From Corallochytrium limacisporum Hawaii (taxonomy: Eukaryota; Protista; Pluriformea): a DNA stretch of 64,000 bases. Below, piece after piece: positions 40,592 through 51,697 of the stretch (positions within the stretch are counted from its first letter, which is position 1; each line of letters begins with the position of its first letter). Made by a program: the position numbers and the translations under genes. Below the pieces are notes generated by a model, which was not told the DNA's origin, did no database searches, and saw nothing but the letters and a program-made list of their open reading frames with translations. The stretch spans positions 38,261 through 102,260 of the forward strand of contig PDIP01000040.1 of assembly GCA_002811645.1 (NCBI GenBank). Reading direction: 5' to 3'.

Positions 40592-41980
40592 ATGCGAGAC
40601 ATTTGGCATTTGAAGTCGCACAGCCAGAAGCTGGTCTTTGGCGTACTCCTTTGCGTATCTGTCGTGTTTCTCTGGGGAATATCGAATGCATTTGACCTGG
40701 ACACAACATTCGGAAACGTTGTTTTCACGGACGCCACAGAACCTGAAAGGAAGTTTGAACATGACCCAATTTTTGACGAGCTGAAAATTCACCTTCCCAA
40801 CAGCACCGAGATCGAGAGTCACATATCAGATGGAATACATTGGGATGAAAACCTGAAGAATGAGTTAAGGAGTCCTCCCTCGCAGTCATTTACGCAGTCT
40901 CGCTGGGAAGCCCTGGAGTTTAACTTCATGCACCATGAGGAGTCGGTTTTATTTATTTATGTGGCCACTGGACGGTATCAGAACTACATTCCACTGGTCC
41001 TATTTTACAACAGACTGATCATTCCAAGCTCATGCTTCCTGTTCTTCGTCGGTGAGCAAGTCCATGAAGATGTGCAGAAAGCCATTTTGTCTATGAATGA
41101 AACTGGCGACTTGGATCCACACTGCGTGCATTTTCGGGCTCCAACAAAAGATACCAATTGGGCTCTTAATCGCAGACTGTCGCAGGCTGTGCGTTGGGTC
41201 GATTTGGATGACATCATGTTGAGATACCCATATCATTACATTGGTGATGTGGACATTGCCATGATGCCTGAAACGCCAGATTTTCTTTCACAGCATTTGC
41301 TTCAAATGAGACAGTTAGACTTGCCATTTTCAAACGCCGACAGGTATTACCTCAGAAGTCAAAAGGAACGTGATCAATGCATGACTGCGGGACATAAGAC
41401 ATTCCACCGGGAAAAGGGCAATATACAAGACTACTGCCACCGCTTCACAGGGCTCCATTTCGTAGCCACACGCGAGTATTACACGGGGGCGCTTTCAGCG
41501 ATTCTTCGAATGCGGGAATTTCTGACCCAGGCCGTTAAGGATCAGAATGGGAACGCCGAGAAGGTACACAAAGTTCTGTGTGAGCACTATACAGGTATTC
41601 ATATCGCCTCATTCTGCGATGAAGCAGTCCTGCACGCTCTGCTGAAGGAGAGCACATTCGGAGATCGCATCGAGAGTCTGTATCAAAGCCGTAAACCCCT
41701 TCAGGAGTATAAGGATGTGATCCGATTTCGACCACATCATGGGATCCATTTGAACCACGGCAGACTCAACACCGTCCATAATTATTGCACCAAGGCTGAC
41801 AAGGAAAGCTATGGGCGATCATGGTGTGACTATCTGCACGCCGAAAGATATCCAACCCTGTCAGAATCAGTCCAACCAATTTGGAAACAATACTTTAGTG
41901 AGACTATTACTGTTGTGGAATCATGTTGTCCAGAAGTAATAGCACACCAGAAGAAAGAACATGACAAAAGTGGGCGATGA
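40592..41980 (+). CDS. Type II membrane protein, putative GT-A glycosyltransferase
   Basis: N-terminal signal-anchor (LVFGVLLCVSVVFLWGI), a stem region, DXD motif YHYIGDVDI, LPFSN, RFTGLHFV, DEAVL and RPHHGIHL. Confidence 0.7.
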   Translation: MRDIWHLKSHSQKLVFGVLLCVSVVFLWGISNAFDLDTTFGNVVFTDATEPERKFEHDPIFDELKIHLPNSTEIESHISDGIHWDENLKNELRSPPSQSFTQSRWEALEFNFMHHEESVLFIYVATGRYQNYIPLVLFYNRLIIPSSCFLFFVGEQVHEDVQKAILSMNETGDLDPHCVHFRAPTKDTNWALNRRLSQAVRWVDLDDIMLRYPYHYIGDVDIAMMPETPDFLSQHLLQMRQLDLPFSNADRYYLRSQKERDQCMTAGHKTFHREKGNIQDYCHRFTGLHFVATREYYTGALSAILRMREFLTQAVKDQNGNAEKVHKVLCEHYTGIHIASFCDEAVLHALLKESTFGDRIESLYQSRKPLQEYKDVIRFRPHHGIHLNHGRLNTVHNYCTKADKESYGRSWCDYLHAERYPTLSESVQPIWKQYFSETITVVESCCPEVIAHQKKEHDKSGR

Positions 41981-42184
41981 TGGCACATGAGATAAGATTA
42001 CGTCGTTGCGCGCTGTTGTGAGCATCATGACCATCACTAGCAGTGCGTGCGATGATTGTTGCCCTGCTCGTAGTCAATTTCATGAAAGAGAAAGACCATA
42101 ATTGACGTTCATAGAATCTGCACGTTGGACTTGTGGTGTCGTATAGAACTGTGAGATCTCCACATCTAAACTTTCAATACTTGT

Positions 42185-43577
42185 TTATTGTTGTGCGCCG
42201 CTGCAAAACAGGTCTCTTGCCATCAGGATGTGCTGTTCAAGACGATCTAGGTCAACCACCATGTCAGAGTCACGTATCCTGACCCTTAAGGGTTCGCACA
42301 CTTCCTTATTGCCACCATACCTCTCGTCCCAGTTCGTACACTCATTCTTCATCACACTTAAGATCTGTTTGTCGATTTCGCCAGTGCGTGGACCGACAGG
42401 AATATGGCCCTCACTAAAAATATAGCCACGTATTAAATTCTCAGTAGACTTCCCGAACACATCATCTGCAATCAGCACACCTACTTCAACAGCAACAGTG
42501 CTGGGGTGGGCCCACAGCAGGTTTACGACTTGGGAGCCGTGCGGTGTCACCAAAATATCAGACTGAAACTGCATCGCTTGCTCCTCTACAGTCATGTCGC
42601 TATTTGTTGTTACTATTTGAACCGGCTCACTGCTAAGCCTGTTCAAGAGCTGAATCACGTCATCAAGGTTTGTGAATCTCCGGGCAGAGTTTCGTGATTT
42701 CGTGCGTTGCACAAGTTTGATCCGAGGATTGCATTCCACGGAATGACTGGGATCTTCTTTCAATCCCAGATATGCGCGTAATTCGCTTGCATACTCGTTA
42801 GCAAAATGTGGCATCCATATCCCAGCCCGAGGTGAGATGTAAACTCGTTCAAAACAACTGCGTGTCCCAAAATCCTTTCCAAAGGCCAATATGTTCCCAG
42901 TGTGATAAAGATGCCGCCAGAAGAATCGCATCGTACTGGGACATTTGGGAAAGCCCTATACAATTATGAAATGCTATGTTATCGATGATACCTGGCTGAA
43001 CTTTATCCCGTACCATGCTGAGGTGAAATAATTTCCCCATACCTTTGACCCAGTGACTCAAATTATGATTGTTGGAAGGGAGTCGCCAGCAGTCGACGAG
43101 AAAGGTGGTACCTGGAACAAATGCCAAATCAAAGCGCTCCAAAAGATCAGCTTTCTTCATTCCCCTGTAGTCCATGGGCTTGCCGCGTCGAAAATTGTAC
43201 TCAGGAAACGGCTTTATGCCCATAAAATAGTCTTCTGTCGAGATGCAAACGTTTTCCATTGTTACATAAGGGGATTCATCATATATGCCAAGGACCTCAC
43301 CTCGGAACAGCGACAGTCGCTTTTCTAAGTTTCTACTCCATGTTGGCGGTACCGAAAAATAATCTATCCTATCTTCTTTGAACCTAGTGGAAAACTGATT
43401 CGCCAGGTGACGCAAGTATCTGGCTTTCTCATTGTCCACAGCATCATGCGGCGATACAAATGTGAATGGCCAGCTTGAAACAGATAGTTCAAGATTTGTA
43501 AGGGAAAAAATGGCCACTGTGATAAAACCTACAACTGCAAAAAGGATTTTCCGCGCATGCAGCCGCCTACAACGCAT
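42185..43577 (-). pseudogene. GT61/DUF563-like glycosyltransferase split by a frameshift (pseudogene or assembly error)
   Basis: ORF 42849-43577 has a signal-anchor, PGTTFLVD and HNLSHW. Overlapping ORF 42185-42931 has CFERV, RRFTNLDDV, EEQAMQFQSDILVTPHGSQVVNLLW and VEV. Together they are collinear with the intact paralog at 55598-57475. Confidence 0.75.
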
Positions 43578-44102
43578 AATTTCAGACCTCTCTTTCAGCG
43601 GAGTGTTTGAGGAACCAAACCGACTGGCTCCAACCCATTTCCCCCTATGTTACTGTGTGCAGAGACTGTGCTACAGCCTGCAATAGATACACAGATCTAT
43701 GCTACTGAACATATCCAACCATACATACTCGCGATCGCTTAGACACCTAGAGAATTTCAGAAATCACACATCGAACGGAGCTGCGGAGCAAGCAAATACC
43801 TCACCGGCACTCTCCCCCGCTTTCTACGCTTCGCAGACAGTCCTACGTGCGTGTGCCGAAGGAGCGGGAAATTTATGACACAAATTTCGTCGGAGAAGAG
43901 CTGAGTGTCACAGTCGCGAAGATTTTGCAAGTTCCCGGGGCGCCAGTGTTGCTACCAACCTCTGTTCATCAAAAACTGTCCCAGTTTTTGATTCCTTTCC
44001 CTGCCAACCCTGTCAGGACCGCTACGTTCGATCGGATAACAACCAAGAAAAAATCACAATATTGATTATATTTGAGTTTTTGATTGCAGACATTCAAATT
44101 TC

Positions 44103-44411
44103 TCACCCCATATCAAGCTGTCTGGCATGGTCCGTGCTGTTCATCAGCGGCGTAGATTGGTTTTCAAGCATGCTAAGTTCCATGCTAAGACTCTGTTCCA
44201 TGTGTGTTCGTGCCTTCTCGCCATCAGTGGCTCGCTCTTCTAGGATGCGCATGCTCTTCATGTTCTGTTTCGCAGTTTCTTCAAGAATGGCTACTTGATG
44301 TCCGAGTTCCTGAACCATGATGGCTGCAGCCTGGAGATCCGATTCGGAGACCGTAAGCAGCTTTTCATACGTTCTGTGTCTCCTGTTCATGTCCTTGTAC
44401 GTGTGCTCCAT
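44103..44411 (-). CDS. Short coiled-coil ORF (small gene or relic)
   Basis: 102-aa ATG ORF with a heptad-like E/Q/L/M pattern, starting only about 40 nt after the TMEM41 stop. Confidence 0.35.
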   Translation of the reverse strand: MEHTYKDMNRRHRTYEKLLTVSESDLQAAAIMVQELGHQVAILEETAKQNMKSMRILEERATDGEKARTHMEQSLSMELSMLENQSTPLMNSTDHARQLDMG

Positions 44412-44450
44412 GCTTTCTGACGGGTGTTTCTATACTTTATGAGGGTCACC

Positions 44451-45329
44451 CTAGTTCTTCTTCTTCTCGTTGGCATCAGTCTCTCCTGCTTCATCAAGCT
44501 TTTCCATGAGGTACTCCTTGAAGAATACAGGCAGTAAAGAGACGAACCCAGCGGCGAAGAGAAAAACAATGGTGTTGACAGAGTGCCCGAGATCGTTGTG
44601 CGTCAAGGTTTCGATGGTCTGCCCCAATTGCACAAACAGTGTTGAGGGAATAAGCACTCCAATGAATGTACCCAAAGAAAAAGGCACGATGGGATAAGGC
44701 ACCGAAGGACTGAACAGTGTAATCATCCAATTCGGCACCAGGGGAGTAATGCGCAAGAAGATCATGTACCAGAGCAAATGCTGCTTGTGGCGGTTGACTC
44801 TTTGCTCAAACTCACCGAGGTGGGACTTGAAGACAATCTTCAGTTCTTCGGAAATCAGATACTTTGCAAAAAAGTAGCAGATGGTGGCACCTGTGGCACT
44901 GCAGGCAGAAACAGTAAACAGGGCCACTGGGAATGGGAAGATGCTCCCGCCCAGAATTGTAAAAAATATGGAACCCGGAATTGCGAAGGCCTGAAGAACA
45001 ACGTATGTGGCAGCATAGACTATATACACGGTCCAAAAGTCTTCCTGAACCATACCCGCCAACGTTCTGTGCAACGTCTTAAGTTGTTGAATATTGCGAG
45101 GAATTTTCAGGGCTGGATGTACATGAAGCAGGGTCATCACTCCGTATAACCCGAACCCAATAAGTACTACCGCTACGACAAACTTTACAACTAATCTTAT
45201 ATACACTCGTCGGAGATTCACGGGGTACTGTCCACTAGTCTGTGCCCCGTTGATGCATTCCTTTCTGTGATGTATGGCCTGGTCGGGGTCCACCCCATCA
45301 GTGGAACCCCCATGACGTGTTATCACCAT
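44451..45329 (-). CDS. TMEM41: TMEM41/VTT (DedA, SNARE-associated Golgi protein) family scramblase
   Basis: YVVLQAFAIPGSIFFTILGG, CSATGATICY, YMIFLRITPLVPNWMI and GTFIGV. First ATG is at 45329. Confidence 0.9.
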   Translation of the reverse strand: MVITRHGGSTDGVDPDQAIHHRKECINGAQTSGQYPVNLRRVYIRLVVKFVVAVVLIGFGLYGVMTLLHVHPALKIPRNIQQLKTLHRTLAGMVQEDFWTVYIVYAATYVVLQAFAIPGSIFFTILGGSIFPFPVALFTVSACSATGATICYFFAKYLISEELKIVFKSHLGEFEQRVNRHKQHLLWYMIFLRITPLVPNWMITLFSPSVPYPIVPFSLGTFIGVLIPSTLFVQLGQTIETLTHNDLGHSVNTIVFLFAAGFVSLLPVFFKEYLMEKLDEAGETDANEKKKN

Positions 45330-45655
45330 GATGGTCTCTGCAAACGTGTGTACGTCCCGCGCCACACCCTCGCTTGATCCAGTCTACCTGTTTTAAGAAT
45401 TCTGTGAACCTTTGCAGGTACTGTATGCATTCTTAGGCCTGATCACATACCTTGAGCGACACATGATATGATATCACAAGATCAGAAAAGATGTGGCAGA
45501 AATGTCGCAGGATCAGCTCGAAGGAAACACACGAACGACGGTCACCACGTCAAAAACAAACTTAAGCCACTGCACCAGCGATTTTCCTGCGGGGCTGCCC
45601 CGCATTCGAATATAACTGATAAACCTAATAAAATAATTAAAGTAATTGAGCGAAA

Positions 45656-45680
45656 GGGAGGGAGGGAGGGAGGGAGGGGG
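45656..45680 (+). repeat. (GGGA)5GGGGG tract, canonical G-quadruplex-forming sequence
   Basis: GGGAGGGAGGGAGGGAGGGAGGGGG, directly after an AT-rich stretch upstream of TMEM41. Confidence 0.75.
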
Positions 45681-47460
45681 TGCACGGGTTCACTGCACAC
45701 GAACCGGGGAGGTCGCCTCGGTCGGGCAAGTTCCGCGTTGGGCAGTGAACCCGCGGTGCCCCAATTTTTTTTTTGGGGCAGGAAGTTCAAAGTCACGCAG
45801 TGTGAGTGGCCAAGGGCGACGGGAGAACAAAAAATAGAAACCAAACGCAAGGAAACAATATTGGGCAAAAGCCATAGCCAAATATGAGAACTACAGGGAA
45901 GGGAAGTGAAGAGAGGGAGGGGGGGGGAGTAGAATTTTTTTCTGCAAGGGTCCGTCGTGCGGGAAGACACCGGGGACCGGGGCCGCAGAGCAGCTGCAGT
46001 TTTGGACGGCACGCACTGTCGCGCGGGCCACAGAGTAAGCCTGGGTCTTCGGTTCAAACTTCTCTTCCCGTTGCCAACCAAATTATGCGTAGTACTCTGA
46101 ATCTTGTGGTATATTTGTATGGCTAACCGGAGTCGTGGCGGTGGCAGCACCAGTTCGAAAGGCAAGATGGGTACAAGTTCGACCCCCCCCCACCCTTGAA
46201 GATCGCTCCTCCTTGGTCCCGGGGCCTCTTTCCCTCTCCGTCCGCTGTTCCTGGGCGAGACAGGGTAGTTACACGCAGCGAAGAGGTGGCTGGCGAGACC
46301 GAACCCAAAGGCAGGGGGGGCACGGTGTGTTGGGAGTGCGTGTCAGAGGGAGAGTGTCCCTGCTTAAACAGTGGCGTTGTTTGGGGCGGCCGACCCTTTT
46401 CTGTGTGTTCTCTCTTTCTTTTCTTTTGGACAAGGGAGCGAGCGGGTTCGCAAAATAAAAACCACCTACCCAAGAGAAGAAAAAATAGTGAAACCGGTTG
46501 CCCCACCCAAACGCGAACGACGGACAGTTAAGCGGAGGGAATTAGTTCGGGACAGTGGTCCCATCGTATGGAAATGCTGATGAATATTACCAACGCATTT
46601 GGCACACGCAGCGCATCTTGCTCTGCACACTCTCGGTGTGCGTACTCGCACGAAAGGCAGGTAGACAGAAAGAAGGGAAAGAAAACCCTTTCGATCCTTT
46701 TTTTGGACCCTCCGGGCCTGTCTGTCCTTTGGCCCGAGGCCCTGACGTGGACTCCTTCCCTGAGAGACAGAGAGAGAGAAAGAGAGAGGGGGAGGCGGGT
46801 CTGTTGGCGCGCCTGATGGGGGGGGGGGGGACCCCAAAAATCTTTCTAATCGGGGGCCCCGTTCCGTCGGTTGGAGGTCGAGGCGGTGGGAAAACATAGG
46901 GGAAAGGGGAGGGGGGGGGTGAGAGACAGTAGAGCCCCGTTGAATGCCCTGGACTCGCGAATTACGGGAGATGTTGCGATGCGGTAGCGTGTTTCGGGAG
47001 TACCCAGAGAGATCACCCCGAAGGTGACAAGAATCTCCATATCCATCGTTCGATGTAAATGTGCAGCAGTGATAGCCTACCCAGCTGGCTTGCTGCTGGG
47101 TTTTTGCGGGAGGCCCATTTTGCTACCAATACGCGGTGGTCCCCTGCTGCGTAGGATGAGAACCCCGTGCTTGGTGCCGTGAGCTGACTATAGCGCGCAC
47201 ACTTTTAGACGTGTTTGACCGCGATGGGCTTCAGCCATGGGATCAGCGGAAGCTCACATGATTGTTTTGATGCTGATCGAGACGTGATTGAAACTATGTT
47301 TAGCACCTGGGTGACGGTGCAAGTAACCATCGAGTTTGACGCGTCCTAGACGCACTGCGCTTGCGGCAGAGTATTTCAGGATCGCTAACTCTCCGCTTCA
47401 GTTGCTGCGGGCTCTCAATGTGCATCACATGTAAAATAGCACACAGTACACAGTATCACC

Positions 47461-49146
47461 ATGTTGTTAGCACTAGTCACGTTCGTGGCCCTGCCGGTGG
47501 CCATTCCGCTGCTGCCGGTCATTGTTCTCAGCTCAATATTCTTCGGCACCCGGGCCACTTTGCGGTGGCCACTCCTGGCCATCGTCGGGGCAGCAACTTG
47601 CCTGGACCTGGCCGTGTATTTCATGATCCGGTATGTTGTCTTGTTTTTGGAATGGTCATTGATGAACCGCCCCTTCTGCAAGATTCGCGGAGCTTGCCAA
47701 GATGCACAGACCTACGACGAATGGGTAAAGGCCGCACGGGAGGCCGACCGTGTCACCGGGTGGGAGAGTTTCAAGAAGGATCCCCACAGTGAATACTACA
47801 ACTGGCGTCTGATCGATAAGATGATTGCCGACATCCGGGAATGTCAAGAGCAGGAGGACGTGGAGCGACTGCAGATTTTGCTGAGCAATTGTTTGCACAA
47901 AAATTTTGGTGGTATTCTCAATGAGCCTCTCTACCAGGAAACGCATATTGGCACTAAGTATATCATCGAAGAATTCGTCACGGAGGTGAACAAGGCCTTA
48001 AAGTACGTTGAAAAGGCCCCAGAGGCTCTAATCAAGAATAAGGACAAGCAGAAGTTCCTGAAACACGCACGCATGACCTTCGGCCGCACTGCACTGTGCT
48101 TGAGTGGTGGTGGTGGTTTGGGTCACTACCATTTTGGAATGGTTAGGGCCATGCTCGAGGCTGGCTGTCTGCCTCATATCCTTTCGGGTACCTCCGCGGG
48201 TGCTGTGGTTTGCGCTGTTCTCGGTACGCGTACTGATGAGGAACTGTTGGAGACTCTGAAGCCGGAAATGTACGAGAACATGACCTGCTTCAACGACTCA
48301 TACGCGGATCGCATCAGCAACTTGTGGAAGTACGGGACTCTGTTTAACCCTAACATCTGGCTTGAGAAGATCAAGTGGCATGCCAGTGGAAACATGACTT
48401 TCCTGGAGGCTTACGAGAAGACTGGACGCATCATTAACCTGACGGCCACACCTTCCGGCAACAGTCGCCCACCTTTGCTAATGAACTACCTGCTGACCCC
48501 TCACGTCACCATCGGCAGTGCTGTGGTGGCCAGTAGCGCCGTCCCTGGGCTTGTACCGTCGGTCAATCTGCTTGAAAAGGATTCCAAGGGTAATCTACGG
48601 CCGTATCATGGTGATGACACTATGTGGCGTGACGGTGCCTTCACAACTGACCTACCTCTTCAGGCGTTGGGTGAAATGTTCAATGTGTCATACTTTATTG
48701 TCTCCCAGCTGAATCCCCACATTGCACCCTTCTTCTACAACAGCCGTGGAGAGGCTGGCGGGCCCAGTGTGTGGCGTAAGCATAGCGGTGGCTGGCGTGG
48801 AGGTTTCCTTTTGAGTGCTATGGAGCTGTACTTGAAAGAAGACATGCGCCGGAACATGCGCGTATTGGGTGCTCTCGATCTGCTTCCTGCCATGTTCGGA
48901 TTCAGTTGGAGCCTAGTATTCCTGCAAGATTTTGAGGGCAATCTAACCATGGTACCACCACTCCGCATTCGGGACTATCTGCGCATCATTTCGGATCCGA
49001 CCTACGAAGACGAGGCACACTACTTGCATCAGGGCGAGCTGGTCGCATGGCAGAAGATGTCGTTGCTCAAGAACCGCATCTCCATCGGACAACAGCTTGT
49101 CATGTCCATGCGTGCTGTTGGTCTACCTAGCGATGATCCTATGTAA
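47461..49146 (+). CDS. Patatin-like triacylglycerol lipase (TGL3/4/5, SDP1 family; DUF3336 + patatin)
   Basis: TYDEWVKAAREAD...W, GTKYIIEEF, FGRTALCLSGGGGLGHYHFG, SGTSAG (GXSXG), WRDG and FIVSQLNPH. Confidence 0.93.
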   Translation: MLLALVTFVALPVAIPLLPVIVLSSIFFGTRATLRWPLLAIVGAATCLDLAVYFMIRYVVLFLEWSLMNRPFCKIRGACQDAQTYDEWVKAAREADRVTGWESFKKDPHSEYYNWRLIDKMIADIRECQEQEDVERLQILLSNCLHKNFGGILNEPLYQETHIGTKYIIEEFVTEVNKALKYVEKAPEALIKNKDKQKFLKHARMTFGRTALCLSGGGGLGHYHFGMVRAMLEAGCLPHILSGTSAGAVVCAVLGTRTDEELLETLKPEMYENMTCFNDSYADRISNLWKYGTLFNPNIWLEKIKWHASGNMTFLEAYEKTGRIINLTATPSGNSRPPLLMNYLLTPHVTIGSAVVASSAVPGLVPSVNLLEKDSKGNLRPYHGDDTMWRDGAFTTDLPLQALGEMFNVSYFIVSQLNPHIAPFFYNSRGEAGGPSVWRKHSGGWRGGFLLSAMELYLKEDMRRNMRVLGALDLLPAMFGFSWSLVFLQDFEGNLTMVPPLRIRDYLRIISDPTYEDEAHYLHQGELVAWQKMSLLKNRISIGQQLVMSMRAVGLPSDDPM

Positions 49147-49742
49147 GTGGGATGTAGTCAAGTTCCGGGAAACCATCACAGTGACGCTGCACCGTGCACC
49201 ATAGCATCATAAAATGGAAGACAGAACGAAGTAAGTTCACGACACTGCATGCTCTGCAAAACGAGGGCCATTAAAGAATGCACAAAAAACCCAAAGAATA
49301 ACGTGTACATATCCATAAACACTCTAGTTCACAGCTATAACATCCCTTTGTCCGTCTGAACAGGCTCCGAGGCGCTGCTCCCAGTTTTTCTTGACCTTAA
49401 CCCCCTGCCAGGGGGGGCCTCCGCCGGCCCCCCCTCCCCTCTTCGTGCCCTTTGCAAGGTGACCTGCTGCGCGTGGAGAGACCGCAGGGAAGCCTTCGTG
49501 GGGCGCCAAAACTGTTAAGGCATTGTTGGCTATTTCCAGTGACTCAACGATGGGATTTTGAATTTAATCTTCCATTGTTTGTATGTCTATTTGTTAGTGA
49601 TACTATCATTTAGTGAGTATTTTGTTGTAAACCATAGGTTTCTTATCGATGTATGGAAGTATGTAGCGAAATGATTTGAGAAACAAGCAACCACGGAAAG
49701 GCTATAGTAGGCTTAGTTGGTGATTAATTGCGTCATTTCACC

Positions 49743-51401
49743 ATGGCTGAGTCGGAAACACGGGAGCGGTTGTTTGCAGCAGCAGATCACCCTCTGAAGA
49801 ATTACACACCTGGGCATCTGGAACTGGTCACGCGAACGACGGGACAATTAATAGACGCACAGAGATGGTTCCTGACCCATGCACAACAGATCATGTTAGA
49901 ATTTTCTGTGGACCAGAACGCATTGAACATTGTGCAGCCTTGTTTGTCAACGAACCTAGCAGGAAAGGATATGCGAAACAAATTGAAAGCATTAATTCAG
50001 AAGATTGTGGACAAATACCCTGCGTCTGTTCCTGAAAGCGTGTCTATTCTGTTGGATCCATCAAAGGAGCAGGAACTGCAAGGATTCGTCACCCATATGA
50101 TCAATGAAGGATTATTCACTGTGATTAGGGCACTAGTCGAGATGTTCTTCGAAAAGATTAACGCCTTAGTTAAACACGACGAAGAAATGAACAAGGTTCC
50201 AGAGGCCAGTCGGATTATGAAGATTCGAGAAAGAATGCTCGGTGGCGAAGACATCATGGTAGCTTTTGGTTCCCTTACTAGCAACGAGACCATCTACGGA
50301 CATCTGCAGTTCTCCACTCAGATTCCATACTTGATCCTTGTCTGGAACCACGTACTGCATATGCAGGATTTTTTGAACCATACTCTGTCGTCCGTCAATC
50401 TCTTCCCACTGAAGATGAATCCCAAGGTTACAGGTGAACGCGGCCCGCTGTACTTCTACCGCAATCAACCGACTATGGCCAGTGATGTGGAAGTCAGGAC
50501 GCACATTGCCGCTATGCCGGGTGATCGTTTGATGTCCAAGGCACTCTCGGAGCCACCCCTGTGCCGTAGTCCACTGATGCCACAGAGCTATACAGGGCTT
50601 TTGCTCGGAGACACCCCAGGTGCTCTCGGAGAACACACAACGGCAGAACGTGACGATGGCCGTGGTGGTTCTGAGCCCTACGGCGAAGAATTTGCAATGA
50701 ACCTGCTGATTCTCAAAGCGAAAATGCACGTGTATGCGCAACGGGCGATGCTAGAAAACGTCGATCCAGAGGTGCTGAGCTACCTGGCAGCATGCATTGA
50801 TGACCAGCTGCGGGAAATATTTGAGGCCCTTGGGCACATTAGTAATCACAGAGAGGAACGTCTCAAGGAAGTGTATGATAACAAGGTGGTCAGTGATCCA
50901 CGTGCGCAATTGCAGCTCTACAATGACCGCGAAGCTGCCATTCAAAAGTCACAGAACGAACAGTTGCATCGTCGGAAACTGCAGGCCACCGCCGGGGAGG
51001 CCGGTCCTGCCACTGGGACTAAGGCAGGTCCCTCTAAGGCCGACAAGGCCAAGTTGGACTCACTGAAAAGCATGCTCAGCGTCGGACGAAAGCGTAAGAA
51101 ACCTGAACCGTCACCTCGGAAGAACACAAGTGCCATGCCTGGCGTTTCGCGCTTGAACGGCGTACCCCAGGCCTCTACACGCACTAGCGGACGGGGCAGC
51201 GCCAGTGGCACCGCCCGTGTCTCCCGTATCCGCACCGTGGACCTAACCTTCATGATGCAACACAACCGCTACTGGCGCAAGTCTCCGATCCTCTACGAGG
51301 CGCTCCAGGCCAGTCCGTTCAATGCCATGCCGCTACCGGGAAGCGGCGGAACGAATCGTGGGGCTTCGAGTGGCATTCCGGCGTTCGGGTCGACCGTGTA
51401 A
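49743..51401 (+). CDS. TAF4: TFIID subunit TAF4
   Basis: Histone-fold segment VDPEVLSYLAACIDDQLREIFEALGHISNHR...SDPRAQLQ and conserved C-terminal domain RIRTVDLTFMMQHNRYWRKSPILYEAL. ATG context is ACCATGG. Confidence 0.8.
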   Translation: MAESETRERLFAAADHPLKNYTPGHLELVTRTTGQLIDAQRWFLTHAQQIMLEFSVDQNALNIVQPCLSTNLAGKDMRNKLKALIQKIVDKYPASVPESVSILLDPSKEQELQGFVTHMINEGLFTVIRALVEMFFEKINALVKHDEEMNKVPEASRIMKIRERMLGGEDIMVAFGSLTSNETIYGHLQFSTQIPYLILVWNHVLHMQDFLNHTLSSVNLFPLKMNPKVTGERGPLYFYRNQPTMASDVEVRTHIAAMPGDRLMSKALSEPPLCRSPLMPQSYTGLLLGDTPGALGEHTTAERDDGRGGSEPYGEEFAMNLLILKAKMHVYAQRAMLENVDPEVLSYLAACIDDQLREIFEALGHISNHREERLKEVYDNKVVSDPRAQLQLYNDREAAIQKSQNEQLHRRKLQATAGEAGPATGTKAGPSKADKAKLDSLKSMLSVGRKRKKPEPSPRKNTSAMPGVSRLNGVPQASTRTSGRGSASGTARVSRIRTVDLTFMMQHNRYWRKSPILYEALQASPFNAMPLPGSGGTNRGASSGIPAFGSTV

Positions 51402-51444
51402 CACCCAGGCCCTCCCTCTCCCCTCTCTCAAGGGTCCGGCGGTA

Positions 51445-51457
51445 TTTCGGCGCCAAA
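51445..51457. promoter_or_regulatory. E2F-like site (TTTCGGCGCCAAA)
   Basis: Contains TTTGGCGC on the - strand, about 240 bp upstream of the coiled-coil gene at 51698. Confidence 0.4.
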
Positions 51458-51697
51458 TTTCCAAAACGGCCCCCACCACCTCCTCTCTCCTCTCCCCCAA
51501 TCCCCACCCTCCGTCGCCTTCGTGCGGGTGGTGGGTCTGTTGGTGACCGTCGACTGGATTATCCTTCGGTGTTTGAGATGGAGGCCGGCATGGTATTTGT
51601 ACATACCGTACGGAATTATTATCATGTGCACTTACATAAAAAACTGATACAGCACGATTAAATTTGCAAAAATAAGTTTGATCTTTTCAGGGGAAAG

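Noticed and set aside
44103-44453. Stop-codon readthrough from TMEM41 into the in-frame downstream coiled-coil ORF
   Set aside because: The frames match, but a second in-frame TAG lies within the 13 intervening codons.
47000-47070. U1 snRNA-like fragment (GATCACCCCGAAGGTG ... ATCCAT)
   Set aside because: No 5' ATACTTACCTG, no ATTGCAC loop and no Sm site; the similarity is short and probably chance.
21908-49146. Lipid-metabolism gene cluster (WS/DGAT, tafazzin, TMEM41, TAG lipase)
   Set aside because: The genes are spread over 27 kb, interleaved with unrelated housekeeping genes and act in different compartments; there is no evidence of co-regulation.
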